A stretch of 41,208 bases of DNA from a virus, in the UHGV virus genome UHGV-0041851; one strand, 5' to 3'. The notes under the pieces were generated by a model. The model saw only the letters and a program-made list of their open reading frames with translations. It was not told where the DNA came from and did no database searches. Shown one piece after another: positions 40,793 through 41,208 of this stretch (the first letter of the stretch is position 1; every line of letters begins with the position of its first letter). Both the position numbers and the translations under genes were made by a program.

Positions 40793-41103
40793 GGATTGAT
40801 ACAGGGCGTTCATTGCTAAGTGGTCAGACTGCAACATTTATTCGTACAGCTTTGCAGGATTATTACGGTGTCGATCTGACTACTAATGTCAAAGTAGGTA
40901 TCGCTTATGCTACTGCTGATTCTGTTATAACTGTTGGAAACCCTGCTAATCCTAAAGCAGGAGATAATAGCGATTATGTTCCAGCATCATCAGATAACTC
41001 CATAACAGGCACTCAAAGGACGGCAGAGGATAATTTTACCGGGGCATGGATATCAATGCGCCCCCGCAACGTTGCTTTTAATTACATTGTAAGGGCCACA
41101 TAA
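40630..41103 (+). CDS. Tail-fibre C-terminal tip cassette 2 (promoterless module)
   Basis: Frame is open from 40591; same conserved N-terminal block and C-terminal NVAFNYIVRAT, with a divergent middle region. Confidence 0.7.
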   Translation: MPVPWPSATPPTGWLKCNGAAFSSEKYPNLAKVYPTLKLPDLRGEFIRGWDDSRGIDTGRSLLSGQTATFIRTALQDYYGVDLTTNVKVGIAYATADSVITVGNPANPKAGDNSDYVPASSDNSITGTQRTAEDNFTGAWISMRPRNVAFNYIVRAT

Positions 41104-41153
41104 AAACGTTCCTTAAAAAGCTACGTGCCCAACCGTTGATGCTGTATAAATAA

Positions 41154-41208
41154 GGGTCTTCCCCGATCATGGTGGGAAGGCTCAGAACTCCATATTCAGC
41201 TTACCGTA
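41154..41208. repeat. Terminal inverted repeat, right copy
   Basis: Exact reverse complement of nt 1-55; contains GGGAAGGCTCAG, which also occurs at the start of cassette 1 (GGGAAGGCTCGG in cassette 2). Confidence 0.9.

Noticed and set aside
41095-41125. A third crossover site after cassette 2 (ATAAAAACGTT-CCTTAAAAAGCT)
   Set aside because: Only the left part, which is simply the conserved cassette 3' end, is shared; the right half lacks the GGTTTGGGGGAAGG-type arm seen before cassettes 1 and 2.

Overview
This window reads as a P1-family phage-plasmid backbone, read from sequence and six-frame translations only (no database search was possible). Gene order is humD, phd-doc, pdcA/pdcB, lpa, pacA (with the GATC-rich pac site), pacB, an icd/ant antirepressor module, c1-coi (immC), loxP, cre, cra, ref, mat, Type III res-mod, lxc, ulx, darB, prt, pro, lyz, ssb, an NmpC/Lc-like porin beside a decayed IS1-family element, the ddrB-ddrA-darA-hdf-lydB-lydA operon, a serine DNA invertase, and two tandem tail-fibre tip cassettes. 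No tRNA, rRNA or CRISPR array was seen. The most noteworthy points are: (1) an immI-type icd/ant1-ant2 module sitting between pacB and c1, behind a C1 operator and a structured leader; (2) tandem tail-fibre cassettes sharing a 67-bp identical block next to the invertase, plus a decayed second invertase copy ending at a perfect palindrome; (3) porin plus IS1-family cargo between ssb and the dar operon; (4) a perfect 55-bp inverted repeat at the two window termini; (5) a recurrent 13-bp motif upstream of four late genes. Gene names follow my recollection of the P1 map and are unverified.
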